A DNA stretch of 64,000 nucleotides from Scyliorhinus canicula (lineage: Eukaryota). Made by a program: the position numbers and the translations under genes. This document shows, one piece after another, positions 50,901-63,070 of the stretch. The notes beneath the pieces were generated by a model. The model was not told the origin of the DNA. It saw nothing but the letters and a program-made list of their open reading frames with translations, and ran no database searches. Position 1 is the stretch's first letter; each line of letters opens with the position of its first letter. The DNA lies in contig NC_052158.1 of NCBI RefSeq assembly GCF_902713615.1, positions 17,976,546 through 18,040,545 on the forward strand, in the 5' to 3' direction.

Positions 50901-53900
50901 GAAACATTCCAGAGACTGAGGGCAGGGACTCTGACCTTTCACCTCTTGGTTTGGATTAGGCCTCAGTCTGATTGGTTGGATGAGTGTCTCTTTGTGCTGT
51001 CAGTAAGGGTCCAATGGGAAATGAGGTGAGATAATCTCAGTGTGATTCCTATACACAGCGTAACCACGGCGCTGATTGATGATTGGACTCAGAGAGAGCT
51101 GGGCTGGGAACTGGAGATGTTTACACTGCTGCAGATGGAGTTCTACTGAGATCTGCTGAGGATGGGTTAAAGTGCATTATTGCAGGGGAGATGGAGCTAT
51201 TGTTAGAGAGATAAGAATGGGAGCGGGTGAGGGTAGAACACCCAGCTGGACAACAGTGGAGAGGAGATGGAGGAGGATGGCGTGATTGACCGTGTCAAAG
51301 GCTGCAGGCAGACCGAGAATAATGAGGAGGGAAAGTTTGTAAGGATGGGTTTTTTGGGGAGAGGGGTGAAGATGTAGATTTAAATGAGAGAGAGAGAGAC
51401 AACACCTGAAGAGATCCCAGCTAACATGGGGGCCAGGAGCGGAGGTTGGGAGATCAGTAGTTTTGGGAATAGGATGGAGGGGACAGGAAGTGGGTCTTAT
51501 GGACAAGATGAGCTCCAAGAGGGAATGAAAGGAAAAAGTAAAAGTTATTTTCTAACTGAAATCTTGGTCTCTCAATTTATACTCGAGATTTACAACAAGA
51601 ATTCTTTAATCTGATTCGATCATTTCTATTCTGTTCCTTTCCCCTCAGGATATTCAAGACCTGTTGATGAGGTAAGCAGATATAAAGAAACAGTTTTGTG
51701 ATGTGATCACTGCTGTCTCTCTAACACACACTGATTTCCAGTCCTGTTTTTACAGGAGTCAGATGGAGTTTCACAAGCCTGGAACTGTCTCCACTCAGTT
51801 ACCTGTGGCTATCGCTGGTGAACCATTCAAATACATCAAAGTGTGGAGGGAAATGAGAGCAGTGATTTCACCAGGTATCATTCTCTGTATATTACTGTCT
51901 CCCTGCTGTTATCCACGTGATTAATGAGGTTAGACACACTGATGAAATGATCAGAAGATCAGAAGGAATAAGAACAGGAGTGGTCCAGCCCAGTGAACCG
52001 GCTCTTATTTTTGATCAGATCATGTCTGATCTAATTGGGGCCTTTGCTCCACTTTCCTGCCTGTCCCAGATGACCCTTAACCCCTTGTTGATGAACAATC
52101 TATGGAACTTGGTCATGAATCAATGACCCAGCCTCTGCTGCTCTCTGTGGTACAGAATTCCAAAGACTAATATCCCTCTCCGAGAAGGAATTCCTCCTCA
52201 TCTCTGTCTTCAATAGAGGCCCCTTCATTTGATGCTGTGTCACCTACACCTCGATTGGCCCAGAGATCAATCGTCCTCCCAACATCTACCCTGGTGAAGG
52301 AATCCCCTCAGAATGTTATGTTTCAATAAGATAACCTCTTATTCTTCTAAACTCCAGTGAGTACAGACCCAACCAGCTCAACCTTTCCTCATAAGTCAAT
52401 CCCTTCATCCCAGGAATCAGCCCAGTGAACCTTCTCTGAACTCTGTCCAATGAGAGTGTCTCCCTCCTGATGTAAGGAGATCAGATCTGAACACAGTACT
52501 CAAGCTGCAGTCTCACCAATCCCCTGTAAAGTTGGAGCAAGTCTTCCCTACTTTACACTCCATCCCTTTTCCAATAAAGGCCAACATTCCATTTGCTTTC
52601 CTCATTCCTTGCTGTACCTGGACACTAACTTTTAGTGATTGATGTACAAGGTCCCCCAGATCCCTCTGTACTGCAGCATTCTGCTGTCTCTTTCTATTGA
52701 AATAATTTGCTGCTTTTCTATTCTTCCTGCCAAGGTGGACAACCTCCCATTTTCCCACATTATACTCCATCTGCTAAATCTTTGTCCACTCACTTAACCG
52801 GTCTATATCCCTCCGCAGACACTTTGTATCCTCCTCACAACTTCCCAACCTCGCTTTGTGGCATCAGAACATTTGGCTCCAGCATATTCAGTTTCTTCAT
52901 CCAATCAGGAATATTGATCATAAAAAGTTGTATCCCCATCACTGATCAGTAATCTCGGGAATTTGCAAAGATTACAACCAATGAATCCACTTTCTCTCCC
53001 GCCCCTCCTTTAAAATCCTGGGATGCAGGACATCAGGTCCAGGGGACAAGTTGCCTTTAATCCTGTTAGTTTTGCAGATATTTTTTCTCTGGTGATCATG
53101 ATTGTTCACAATTTATCCCTCCTGCTTTTCCCCAACACTGGATGACCCCATGTGTTGTTCTGTGTATGTTGTTGGGTATTTTTCTTTCCCCAGGTAATAG
53201 GAAAACATTTATTTAACGATATTTTGACATTTCTGAGGGACTTTGCCAGACCTCAGCACTGAGCACTGATTGGTCCCCACATGCCCCGTTGCTATGACTG
53301 ATACTCTTCCCCTCACTCCGTACACCAGTTACCATGACTACATTATATCCCCTTCTGTGGCCAAGGACAGGAACTCCCAACTTAGGCAGACATCACCTTC
53401 TGTCTCTCCCTCAGCACTTTGCCTTGCTGTGAATGGAATTCAGTTCAGAGAAGTGTGTGGTTAATGTATTGGGAGGGGGAAGATATGACAAGGGAATAGC
53501 CAATAAGTGGTAAGATAGTGAGAGGTGTGGAGGAACAGAGGGAGATTTGAATTTATGTCCACAGATTCAGGACAGGTGGATAAGGTGGTGAAGATAACAC
53601 ACCGGATATTTTCCTGGACTGACCACGGAATAGAAAATAAGCGCTGGGAGCTAATGTCGGAACTTTAGAAAACACGTTAGTCCACAGCTAGAGCACTTTG
53701 TATCTTTCCGGTCAGTGTGTTGGAGAGGTTACCGAGGAGATTAATGAGGGTGTTGGCTGGTTCAGAGAACTTGAGTTCTGAGTTATGATTGGATGGATTG
53801 GGATTGTTTTCATTGGATCAGAGGAGACTGAGGGGAGATTTAATTGAGGTGTATAAAATTAGGAGTGTCCAGATAGAGTGGAAAGGAAATCCCGAGTCCC

Positions 53901-56763
53901 ATTGCCTCGGGGTCCCTGATCAGAGAGAATAGATACAGGGTAAGAGGGAGGAGGGTTAAAGAGAATATTTTCACTCAGAATGTGGTCTGAATCTGGAACT
54001 CACAGCCTGAAAGGGTGTTGGAGGCAGAAACCCTGGTAACATTTATAAAGTAATCAGATCTGCACTGAAAGTGCCGTAACCGACTGAGTTACGGAGCAGA
54101 AACTGGAAACCGGGATTGGGCTGGAGAATTATTTTTCAGCCGAATCTCACAGGTTGGTCTGAAATTGCCTCTTTCTATGAATCCCAGACTGTTTACAAAC
54201 TGAGAGGTGACCATTCGGCCCATTGTGTTCCTGCTAGCTCACTGCAAGACCAACTCACCCAGGGCCATTCCTTCACCTTTTTCTCTGTCGCTCTGCAGAT
54301 TTAAGTTCTTCAGTTAATGATTCAATTCCATATGAAAGCTGTGATTGAATCTGATTCCAATACAGTGCATTCCTGATCCTAAACACTCGCTGTGTGAATA
54401 GGTTTTCCCTCACGCTAATGAGGCTTCTTTTGTCAATCAGTTTAAATTCTGTGTCCTCTGGTTCTCTTCTCTCAGGGGAACCACCTCAGCTTCTCCAAAC
54501 TGTGTCCGTAACTGAATTTCCTCCTCCCAGGAATCATTGTGGTGAATGTTTCCTGCACTCTCTCTAATGCCCTCACATCCTCCCTCAGAGCGTGTTCCCA
54601 GATCAGAATTGAGGGTTAACCAGTGTTTATACAGATATAACTTTGTCACTCTATTCTGTGTTAATAAAGCCTAAGATGCTGCATTCTTTATTAGCCACTC
54701 TCTCTCTCCTTGTCCTGTCACCGCTAATTGTGAAATGATATCCTGTGCATCAAGATTTGGGTCATTAATTTACATCAGGAAAGTCAGAACCCTTTGAATA
54801 CCAATGTATATCTATCTTCAGTCTGAACAAGCAACAACTGTCATTCACCCCGTTTCATATCCATGTTGCTACTGTCCTCGTTATTCTGTATATTTTCTAT
54901 GTTTCTGCCTGTTAGGGTGACTGTTCCCCTGTTGCCACGGAGACTAGGGAACATACGAGGAGGTTAAAGAGCAAAACCGTGTATTGAGATATTGAAGTTA
55001 TTTCTCTGTCATTCAGATGTCAATTTTCCACCGGGATCACTCCTTCCAGCTCTACAGCCCCCTTGTCCTGGCTGAGATCTCAGAGGGGGGTGTAGGGCTG
55101 GAGGAGGAGAGCCCACCCACTTGTCCTGACTGAGATCTCAGAGGGGGGTGTAGGGCTGGAGGAGGAGAGCCCACCCACTTGTCCTGACTGAGATCTCAGA
55201 GGGGGGTAGGGCTGGAGGAGGAGAGCCCACCCCCTTGTCCTGACTGAGATCTCAGAGGGGGGTAGGGCTGGAGGAGGAGAGCCCACCCCCTTGTCCTGAC
55301 TGAGATCTCAGAGGGGGGTGTAGGGCTGGAGGAGGAGAGCCCACCCACTTGTCCTGGCTGAGATCTCGGAGGGGGGTGTAGGGCTGGAGGAGGAGAGCCC
55401 ACCCCCTTGTCCTGGCTGAGATCTCGGAGGGGGGTGTAGGGCTGGAGGAGGAGAGCCCACCCCCTTGTCCTGGCTGAGATCTCGTAGGGGGTTGTTGGGC
55501 TGGAGGAGGTGACAGAGATAGGGGGCGTGATTTTCGGCTCCCCACGCCGGGTGGGAGAATCGCGGGAGGGCCGGGCGACTAATTTCACGCCCCCCCCCCC
55601 CCCGCGATTCTCCCACCCACCCGCTCGGAAGAATCGCAGTTCGCCGTTTTTCACGGCAACCGGCGATTCTCCGACCCGGATGGGCCGAGCACCCGGCCGT
55701 TCGGGACCATTTCACGACGGCGGCAACCACACCTGGTCGCTGCCATCGTGAAAACGCCATAAGATGCCCGTTTGAAACTTGGCCGAGTTCACGACGGCCT
55801 TCACGATTTTTCCCGGGAGCGGAGAATCTCGTCCAGGGTGTGGGCAGTGAGAATTCAAAGTTCGAGTCATGTCTGGGTTCAAAGCTGATGAGGATCAGTG
55901 AGCACTGTGGGGGCTGAAATTATCAACAGGTGACAACCAGTGTCAGTATCCAGTAGATTGAGTTCAGGGCGGTGACTGACTTCCTACAACTTGTCTTAAC
56001 CGAGGTCCTGGACTGGAGAGAGATCTTTATTCTCAGTGAATTGATGCTGATCTGCGCTGGGTGAATGGAGCTGAGGGAATGGGGAGGAATTTCTTCAGAC
56101 ACTCTGTCCCTGAGCTTCCACAGTTCCTGGGCTGAGGAAAGTGGTGATGTCCCATCACCGTCTGTACACGTCCCGTCATTCACTCCTATTTTTCTCACAG
56201 TAACAGCTTCCCAATCATGTTCTCTTCCAGTTCCAGCATCTCTCACCCTGGACCCAGTGACAGCAAACAACCTACTCATCATTTCCCAGGATCTGACTAG
56301 TGTGAGGGACGGAAATGAGGAGCAAGCTCGACCTGATCATCCGGGAAGATTTGATAAACGCTTCTATGTGTTGAGTTCCCAGAGTTTCACGTCAGGGAGA
56401 CACTACTGGGAGGTGGGCCTTGGAAACAAACCTCGCTGGATTGTGGGTGTCTGCAGAGAGTCTGTCAACAGGAAAGAACTAATCATTCCTTCACCTGAGA
56501 ATGGATTCTGGGTCATCGCCCGGCTTCCTGACTGCAAATCATTGAAAATCCCGGATGCCATCTCGCAGCTGAAAGTGAAACCCCGGAAGTTGGGAATTTA
56601 CCTGGATTATGAGGGAGGACAGGTATCATTTTACGATGCTGAGGACATGTCTCACCTGTACACCTTCACTGACACATTCACTGAGAAACTCTACCCCATC
56701 TTTAGTCCCTGTTATAATATCTTTGGTAAAAACCCTGACCCACTCACACTGCTCTCTGGGTAA
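47905..56763 (+). CDS. TRIM E3 ligase copy 4 (RING-Bbox2-CC-PRY/SPRY), intact, about 466 aa
   Basis: Exons 47905-48300, 48684-48779, 50640-50873, 51649-51671, 51756-51874, 56231-56763; GT-AG; 1401 nt in frame. AATAAA at 57061-57066. Confidence 0.93.
49014..50410 (+). repeat. 69-bp minisatellite, about 20 units (copy 4 intron 2)
   Basis: Accounts for the 498-aa ORF with a 23-aa period. Confidence 0.97.
55057..55510 (+). repeat. 58-bp minisatellite, single array of about 8 units
   Basis: Same unit as the array at 8596. Confidence 0.9.
55523..55834. mobile_element. Harbinger-type MITE, internally deleted
   Basis: Degenerate TIRs, TSD agg. Confidence 0.75.
56231..56763 (+). CDS. TRIM copy 4 terminal exon, PRY/SPRY domain
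   Basis: VPASLTLDPVTANN...GRHYWEV...LDYEGG...DPLTLLSG*. Confidence 0.93.
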
Positions 56764-57989
56764 CGCAGTGGGACACGTTTTGGGAGGTCGGAGTTTTAGT
56801 AAGAAGCCTGATTCACTGTCTGAACAGCTCATGTTGTCCTGATTCTCTGCTGTGTGCTGTCAGGGGGTGAGTGTGTTTCTGTATTGTTTATTCTGTAAAT
56901 TTAACTCAGATTCTCCACCCATCCCACTGTCCCGATCTCAATCTAATGGGACCCATAAACACTGGGCTGGTATAGAATGAAGCAAAATCTCCTGAATTGA
57001 TGTAACTGTGCCCAGCTCTCGAACAATTCATTGTGAATCTTTATTTTGTTTCCTCCCTTGAATAAATATTTTATTTGAAGACGGGACTGACACCTGATGT
57101 GATGATTATTGATTCAGTGAATGAGCAGAAAGAATATTTTTCCACTCCTGTATGGGATGTGGGTGTCGCTGGCTGAGTCCTCTTTGCCCATCCCTAATTG
57201 GCCTTGAGAAGGTGGTGTAGGTACACCCACAGTGCTGTTAGGGAGGGTGTTCCAGGATTTGGACCCAGCGACAGTGAAGGAACGGCCGATATGTTTCCAA
57301 GTCAGGATGGTGAGTGACTGGAAGGGAACCTCCAGGGGGTGGTATCAGGAAAGAGAATATCAGAATAGGTTCCGGAGTACGACATGTGACCATTCGGGAA
57401 GATCCTGTCTGAACATCAACACCGACTCCACTTTCCCATCCTATCCCTTCATTCCCTTTGTACTCAGGAATATATCGATCTCTGTGTTGAATATACTCAC
57501 TGACATCTCGCCGAGAGAGAGAATTCCAAAGATTCCAAACTCTCTCTGCGGAAGGAATTTCTCCTCATCTCAGTCTTAAATGGACGACCCCTTATCCTGA
57601 TTCTGTGACCCCTCGTTCTAGACCAATCTCAGCATCTACCCTGTCAGGATCTCTTAGAATTGTATATGTTTCAATAAGATCATCTCTCATTCTTCTAAAC
57701 TTCAAAGAATATAGAGCCATCCAACTCAATCCCTCCTCATATCGGAAACCCTTTCATCCCAAGAATCAATTCCGTGAACCTTCATTGCTCCCTCTAAGGT
57801 AAGTATATGTTTCCTCAGGTAAGGAGACTGAAACTGTCCACAGCCCTCCAGCTGTGTCCACACTCAATCCCTGTTACATTGCAGCAAGACTTATTCTCTG
57901 ATACTCCAACCCCATTGTAATAAAGGCTAAGATACCATTTCCCTCCCTGATTGTTCACTGTATCTGCTTGTTACCTTTCTCTGCTTCAG

Positions 57990-59010
57990 TGTATTTCGGG
58001 GTGTTGCCATTTAGGGTAGGTGGGGATAGGTTTAGGTATCTGGGGGTCCAGGTAACAGGGGAGGGGGCGACAATGCATAAGTGGAACTTAACAAAGTTGG
58101 TGGAGGAGATAAAGGAGGACTTTAGGATGTGGGATACACAGCGCCTGATGCTGGAGGGAAAGGTCCAAGTGGTTAAGGTGAATGTCTTGCCAAGGTTTTT
58201 ATTTGGATTTCAGATGCTCCCGATTTTTATTCCGAAGGCCTACTTCCGGAGTTTGGTCAATGTAATTTGGGAGTTTATTTGGGCGGGGAAGGTGCCAAGG
58301 GTGAAGTGGGCCCTGATACAGAGACAGGGAGAGAAAGGGGACTTGGCGTTACCGAACCTGCTGTACTATTATTGGGCGGTGAATGTGGAGAAAGTGAGGT
58401 GATAGTGGGAGGGAGAGAGGCCGGAATGGGTTAGGATGGAGGAGGAGTCCTGTAGGGGGCCCAGCTTCAGGGCCATGGTAACGGTGGCACTACCGTTGTC
58501 ACCGAGGGGATATACGGAGAGCCCGGGTGTACAGTCCACGGTTAGGGTGTGGAACCAGCTGAGGAGACACTTTAGGATGGAGGGGATGTCGGTGCTAATA
58601 CTGTTGTGTGTGAACCACGGATTCAAACCGGGGGAGACGGATGGCATGTACAGGAGGTGGGGAGAGGTGGGGTTGATGAGGGCCAGGGATTTATATTTGG
58701 AGGAGAGGTTCTCCAGTCTGGAAGAGATGCGGGAGAGGGTAGAGTTCCCGAGGGGGGAGTGATTTTAGGTATTTCCAAGTGAGGGGCTTTGCATGGAAGG
58801 TGTGGAAAGGGTTCCCCAGGCTGCCGAAGTCGCCCTATTGGAACGGCTGCTGCTTCCGGACATGGAGGAGGAGGGTAGGATTGGAGACATATTGGGGGAG
58901 CAGGGGGAATGCACATGGTGAGGATTAAGGAGAAATGGGAGGAGGAGTTGGGGGAAGATAGAGGAGTGTGGAGTGAGGGCTGGGCGGGGTGAATTTGATC
59001 TTTTGTGCGT
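57990..59010 (+). mobile_element. L1-clade ORF2 fragment
   Basis: FRYLGVQV...GKVQVVKVNVLPRFLF...FIWAGKVPRV...LPNLLYYYWA. Confidence 0.85.
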
Positions 59011-59012
59011 TA

Positions 59013-59413
59013 ATGAGTTACAGGCTGGCATCTAATCGAGGTGTTCAGATGGTTTATATATAGAATAATGGATACCTGGGTGTGAGTTACAGACTGGAAT
59101 CTAATCGAGGGGTTCAGATGGTTTATATATAGAATAATGGATACCTGGGTGTGAGTTACAGACTGGAATCTAATTGAGGGGTTCAGATGGTTTATATATA
59201 GAATAATGGATACCTGGGAGTGAGTTACAGACTGGAATCTAATCAAGGGGTTCAGATGGTTTATATATAGAATAATGGATATCTGGGAGTGAGTTACAGA
59301 CCGGAATCTAATTGAGGGGTTCACCTGGTTTATATATAGAATAATGGATACCTGGGAGTGAGTTACAGAGTGGAATCTAATCGAGGGGTTCAGATGGTTT
59401 ATATATAGAATAG
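59013..59413 (-). repeat. Inverted 69-bp minisatellite, about 6 units
   Basis: Reverse complement of the intron-2 unit. Confidence 0.9.
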
Positions 59414-59796
59414 TGGGTAGCACTGTAGCACAGTGGTTAGCACTGTTGCTACACAGTTCCAGGGTTCCAGGTGCAATTCCCTGCTTGGGCCACTGCCAGT
59501 GTGGAGTCTGCACGTTCTCCCTGTGTCTGTGTGGGTTTCCTCCGGGTGCTCCGGTTTCCTCCCACAAGTCCCGAAAGATGTGCTGTTAGGTAATTTGGAC
59601 ATTCTGAATTCTCCCTCTGTGTACCCAAACAGGCTCCAGAACGTGGCAACTAGTGGCTCTTCACAGTAACTTCATTGCTGTGTTAATGTAAGCCTACTGG
59701 TGACAATAATAAAGATTATTATTATATTTATGGTTTCACTCAATCTGGTCTCCAACTGAAAGGCAGCTGACAGTGCAAGTGGTCATTCACAACACT

Positions 59797-59814
59797 GCCA
59801 GCAGATGGCGGCGC
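59797..59814 (+). promoter_or_regulatory. Candidate CTCF site
   Basis: GCCAGCAGATGGCGGCGC is a near-consensus CTCF core. Confidence 0.6.
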
Positions 59815-60761
59815 TGCTCCACGTAAAGCCCTTCCAGCCAACATGGAGAAAGTGTGGATCAGGGTGAGAGATCAAGGGGGGGATTTCAGGAAGCGTTTCT
59901 TCACACAAAGGTTATAAAACCAAGGCGAGTAAATGTGGTTCAGATACAGACCAGCTGTGAGCTAACTGAATGGTGCAACAGGCTGGAGGGGCTCAATACC
60001 CAACACCTTTTGATAAAATTATCACTTTGACATGAGGATCTCAGGATATTTTTAAAAGCTGAGAGACTTGTAAATATTGGGAGACGGAAGGATTTGTGTC
60101 TCCATGAAGCAGAGAACGTTTATTTTAATGTATTTCATTCCAAATAAATTCAATAATGGGAAAACAAGCAACCTGGGGAACATTCCCCCCAGCACACAAT
60201 GTTACAATCTGTACAAATGTTTCTATTTTACACATTTCCCCCCCCCCACCTCACGACGAACAATTCCTCAAACGTGGCCACCGACGATCCCCACCGTTTG
60301 GGGATCAGAATCCCCTCCGATATGGGAGTCACTGAGAAATCCAATCGGAAATTAAGGAGAAACATCTTTACCCAGAGCGGGATTAGAATGAGGAGGTCAC
60401 TGCCGTTCACTGGGAACAGGGCAGGGGACGGGGGTAAAATAGAGGGAGTGGGTCCTTGCCACCAGTTCAGTGCTGGACTCACTCTGACTGGGTTTGGGGA
60501 TGGATACGAGGCCCTTGTTTCAGGTGAAGCAACATTTTAAAGTCTGGGCTCGATGGCAGCATTTACACTCACAGTGACTCCCAGTGGGAGTCCTGATGTG
60601 TAAATGTGATCTGGTGGCTGACAGAGCCTGTCCCTTCATCACTCTCCAGTAAATGGAAGCTCTGCCCAGCTAGGATGTGTGTGTCTGTGTCTGGGTGTCT
60701 GTGTGTGTGTGTTACCTAAACTCTGCAGCAACTTTCCATATTCCTGTCCAGAAGCTGATCA

Positions 60762-61087
60762 TAGAACAGTACAGCACAGAACAGGCCCTTCGGCCCTCGA
60801 TGTTGTGCCGAGCAATGATCACCCTACTTAAACCCACGTAACCCGTATACCCGTAACCCAACAATCCCCCCATGAACCTTACACTACGGGCAATTTAGCA
60901 TGGCCAATCCACCTAACCCGCACATCTTTGGACTGTGGGAGGAAACCGGAGCACCCGGAGGAAACCCACGCACACACAGGGAGAACGTGCAGACTCCACA
61001 CAGACAGTGACCCAGCCGGGAATAGAACCTGGGACCCTGGAGCTGTGAAGCATTGATGCTAACCACCATGCTACCGTGAGGCCCCAA
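60762..61087 (-). mobile_element. V-SINE/HE1-like SINE, copy 5-specific insertion upstream of the gene
   Basis: Reverse complement of the 16375 family. Interrupts gaagctgatcagagagg, with a possible atca TSD. Confidence 0.88.
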
Positions 61088-61724
61088 ATCAGAGAGGTTC
61101 CGGCAGGATTGAGGGGGGAAAAGATGGGCCCGGATTTGGGAGGGAGAGAGAGAGACTCTCCAGGAATTTGGAGAACAAGGGCGAGGTTGGAGATGGGGGT
61201 GGACATGTTCAAAAATATGTTTTTTGTGAGAATGAGGGTCAGACGGTGACAGGGTGGAGAGAGGATAAGGAGGGGCTCAGGGATGAGATAGATTTGGAAA
61301 GGACATGGGGGGAGGGGAGGAGAGAAACTAGAGAAAGATGTGGGGGTGAAGGGGGGATGTTTGGTCAGTGGGTTGGGAGGGGCAGGAGGTTAGTAACAGA
61401 AACAGCTGTAAGGATGGTCTGGACTAAGAAAGCTATTGCTGAGTTCCTCACACGGGGGAGTTGAGGGAGGTGGGGAAAGGTGAGAGAGAGTTTTCAAGGG
61501 GTAGGTTTGTAGAGAGAGAAGAGCAATATGTTATAAATCTGACTTTATAAAAGTGAAAAAGGGTCCAGACACAATAAAGGGGTCAGTTTGATTCAATACC
61601 AAAGTTGCTGACACTGAGTGTGTCACTGATCACGTGAAGTGAAATCCAGGAAGTGCAGAACTGAACAGGAATTGAAAGTGAAAGAGCTGGAACAGGGACC
61701 GAGAGAGAGACTCTGGGCACTGAG

Positions 61725-62599
61725 ATGGCATCTCCAGATCACACACAGGAACTAACCTGTCCCATCTGTCTGGAGATATTCACCCACCCGGTGTCTCTGG
61801 AATGTGGACATCATTTCTGCAGCTCCTGCATCTCCCAGAGTTGGCAGAAGGTACCGTGAGATGTTTCCTGCCCCCAGTGTCGACAGGTCTTCACCCAGAG
61901 GAACGTCAGGCCCGCTCGGACCCTCATTAACATCGTGGAGAAGGTCAGAGAGGTGAAGGTGACGCAGCCACAGGAGGAGTTTTAGTGTCAGGAACACGAG
62001 GAGAAGCTGAAACTCTTCTGTGAAGATGAACACAAAGCGATCTGTGTGGTGTGTGGGATGTCCAGAGCTCATAAGACGCACAGTGTGATCCCAATAAAGG
62101 AGGCAGCCCAGATATACAAGGTACTGGATCACTGCTACTGGCACAGGTAGATGGGGAAGAGGGACAGGGTGTAAGTCACAGAGAGAGAGAGTGTTTGTAG
62201 AATGTGGGGAGGGGAAGAGAGGGCTGGAGAGACAGGGATAGGGAAGGGAAGAGGGATGTTGAAAGAGGAGAGGGTTGGAGCGAGTAGAGGATTGATTGAG
62301 GAGGGGAATTAACCTGGAGGAGGATAATTGCAATAAACAGAATTAACCCACAGCTTCTACTTTGTTTATTGAGTGTAATCAATCCTGAGAATATCTCCTT
62401 CTCTATCTCACTGGTCTAACTCTATTTAAACACAGCAAACTCCTCCAGAAGGTGACAATGATTGTTTCCTTTGACAAACCAATTTCTGTCCTTTCTGTCT
62501 CAGAACAAGTTAGAAACATCATTGGAAACTCTGCAGAAGCAAATGGACCTCAGTCTTCACAGTAAAAGAGAACGAGAGGATGGGATTTTCCACATTAAG
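61725..62599 (+). pseudogene. TRIM copy 5 pseudogene (exons 1-2 in window, continues past the window end)
   Basis: Exon 1 61725-62120 has in-frame TGA at 61857-61859 (codon 45) and TAG at 61983-61985 (codon 87). Exon 2 is 62504-62599. Confidence 0.88.
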
Positions 62600-62873
62600 G
62601 TAGGAGAATGTCCTTTAGGCTTTGTGTAAACTTCCCTGTGTTTGTTATTGAGAGTGAGTGAGCTCCTCACACAGTCAGAGAGAGAGTTTTACTGAATAAG
62701 ATGCTGCTGCTCCAAAGTACACTGCGGGTTGCTCCCTGAACTGCAATATAAGGGACCGTCTGTAAATTGCAGATTATTATAACAAAGTGTAAATGTCTTA
62801 TTTTCTCTCTCAAGCCAACCCATCGATTGATGAAATAAATCTTGTCCATCACTCACTCCCGTGTTTCCATTAT

Positions 62874-63070
62874 AAAGGCAAATTACTGCGGATGCTGGAA
62901 TCTGAAACAAAAGGGAAAATACTGGAAAATCTCAGCAAGTCTGGCAACATCTGGAGGGAGAGAAAAGAGCTAACGTTTCGAGTCCTATAACTCTTTGTCA
63001 AAGCTCTTTCCTCTCCCTACAGATGCTGCCAGACTTGCTGAGATTTTCCAGCATTTTCCCTTTCGTCCCA
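62874..63070. mobile_element. Penelope-like palindromic short element
   Basis: Inverted arms of about 50 bp; 12-bp TSD tgtttccattat at 62862-62873 and 63071-63082. Confidence 0.65.
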
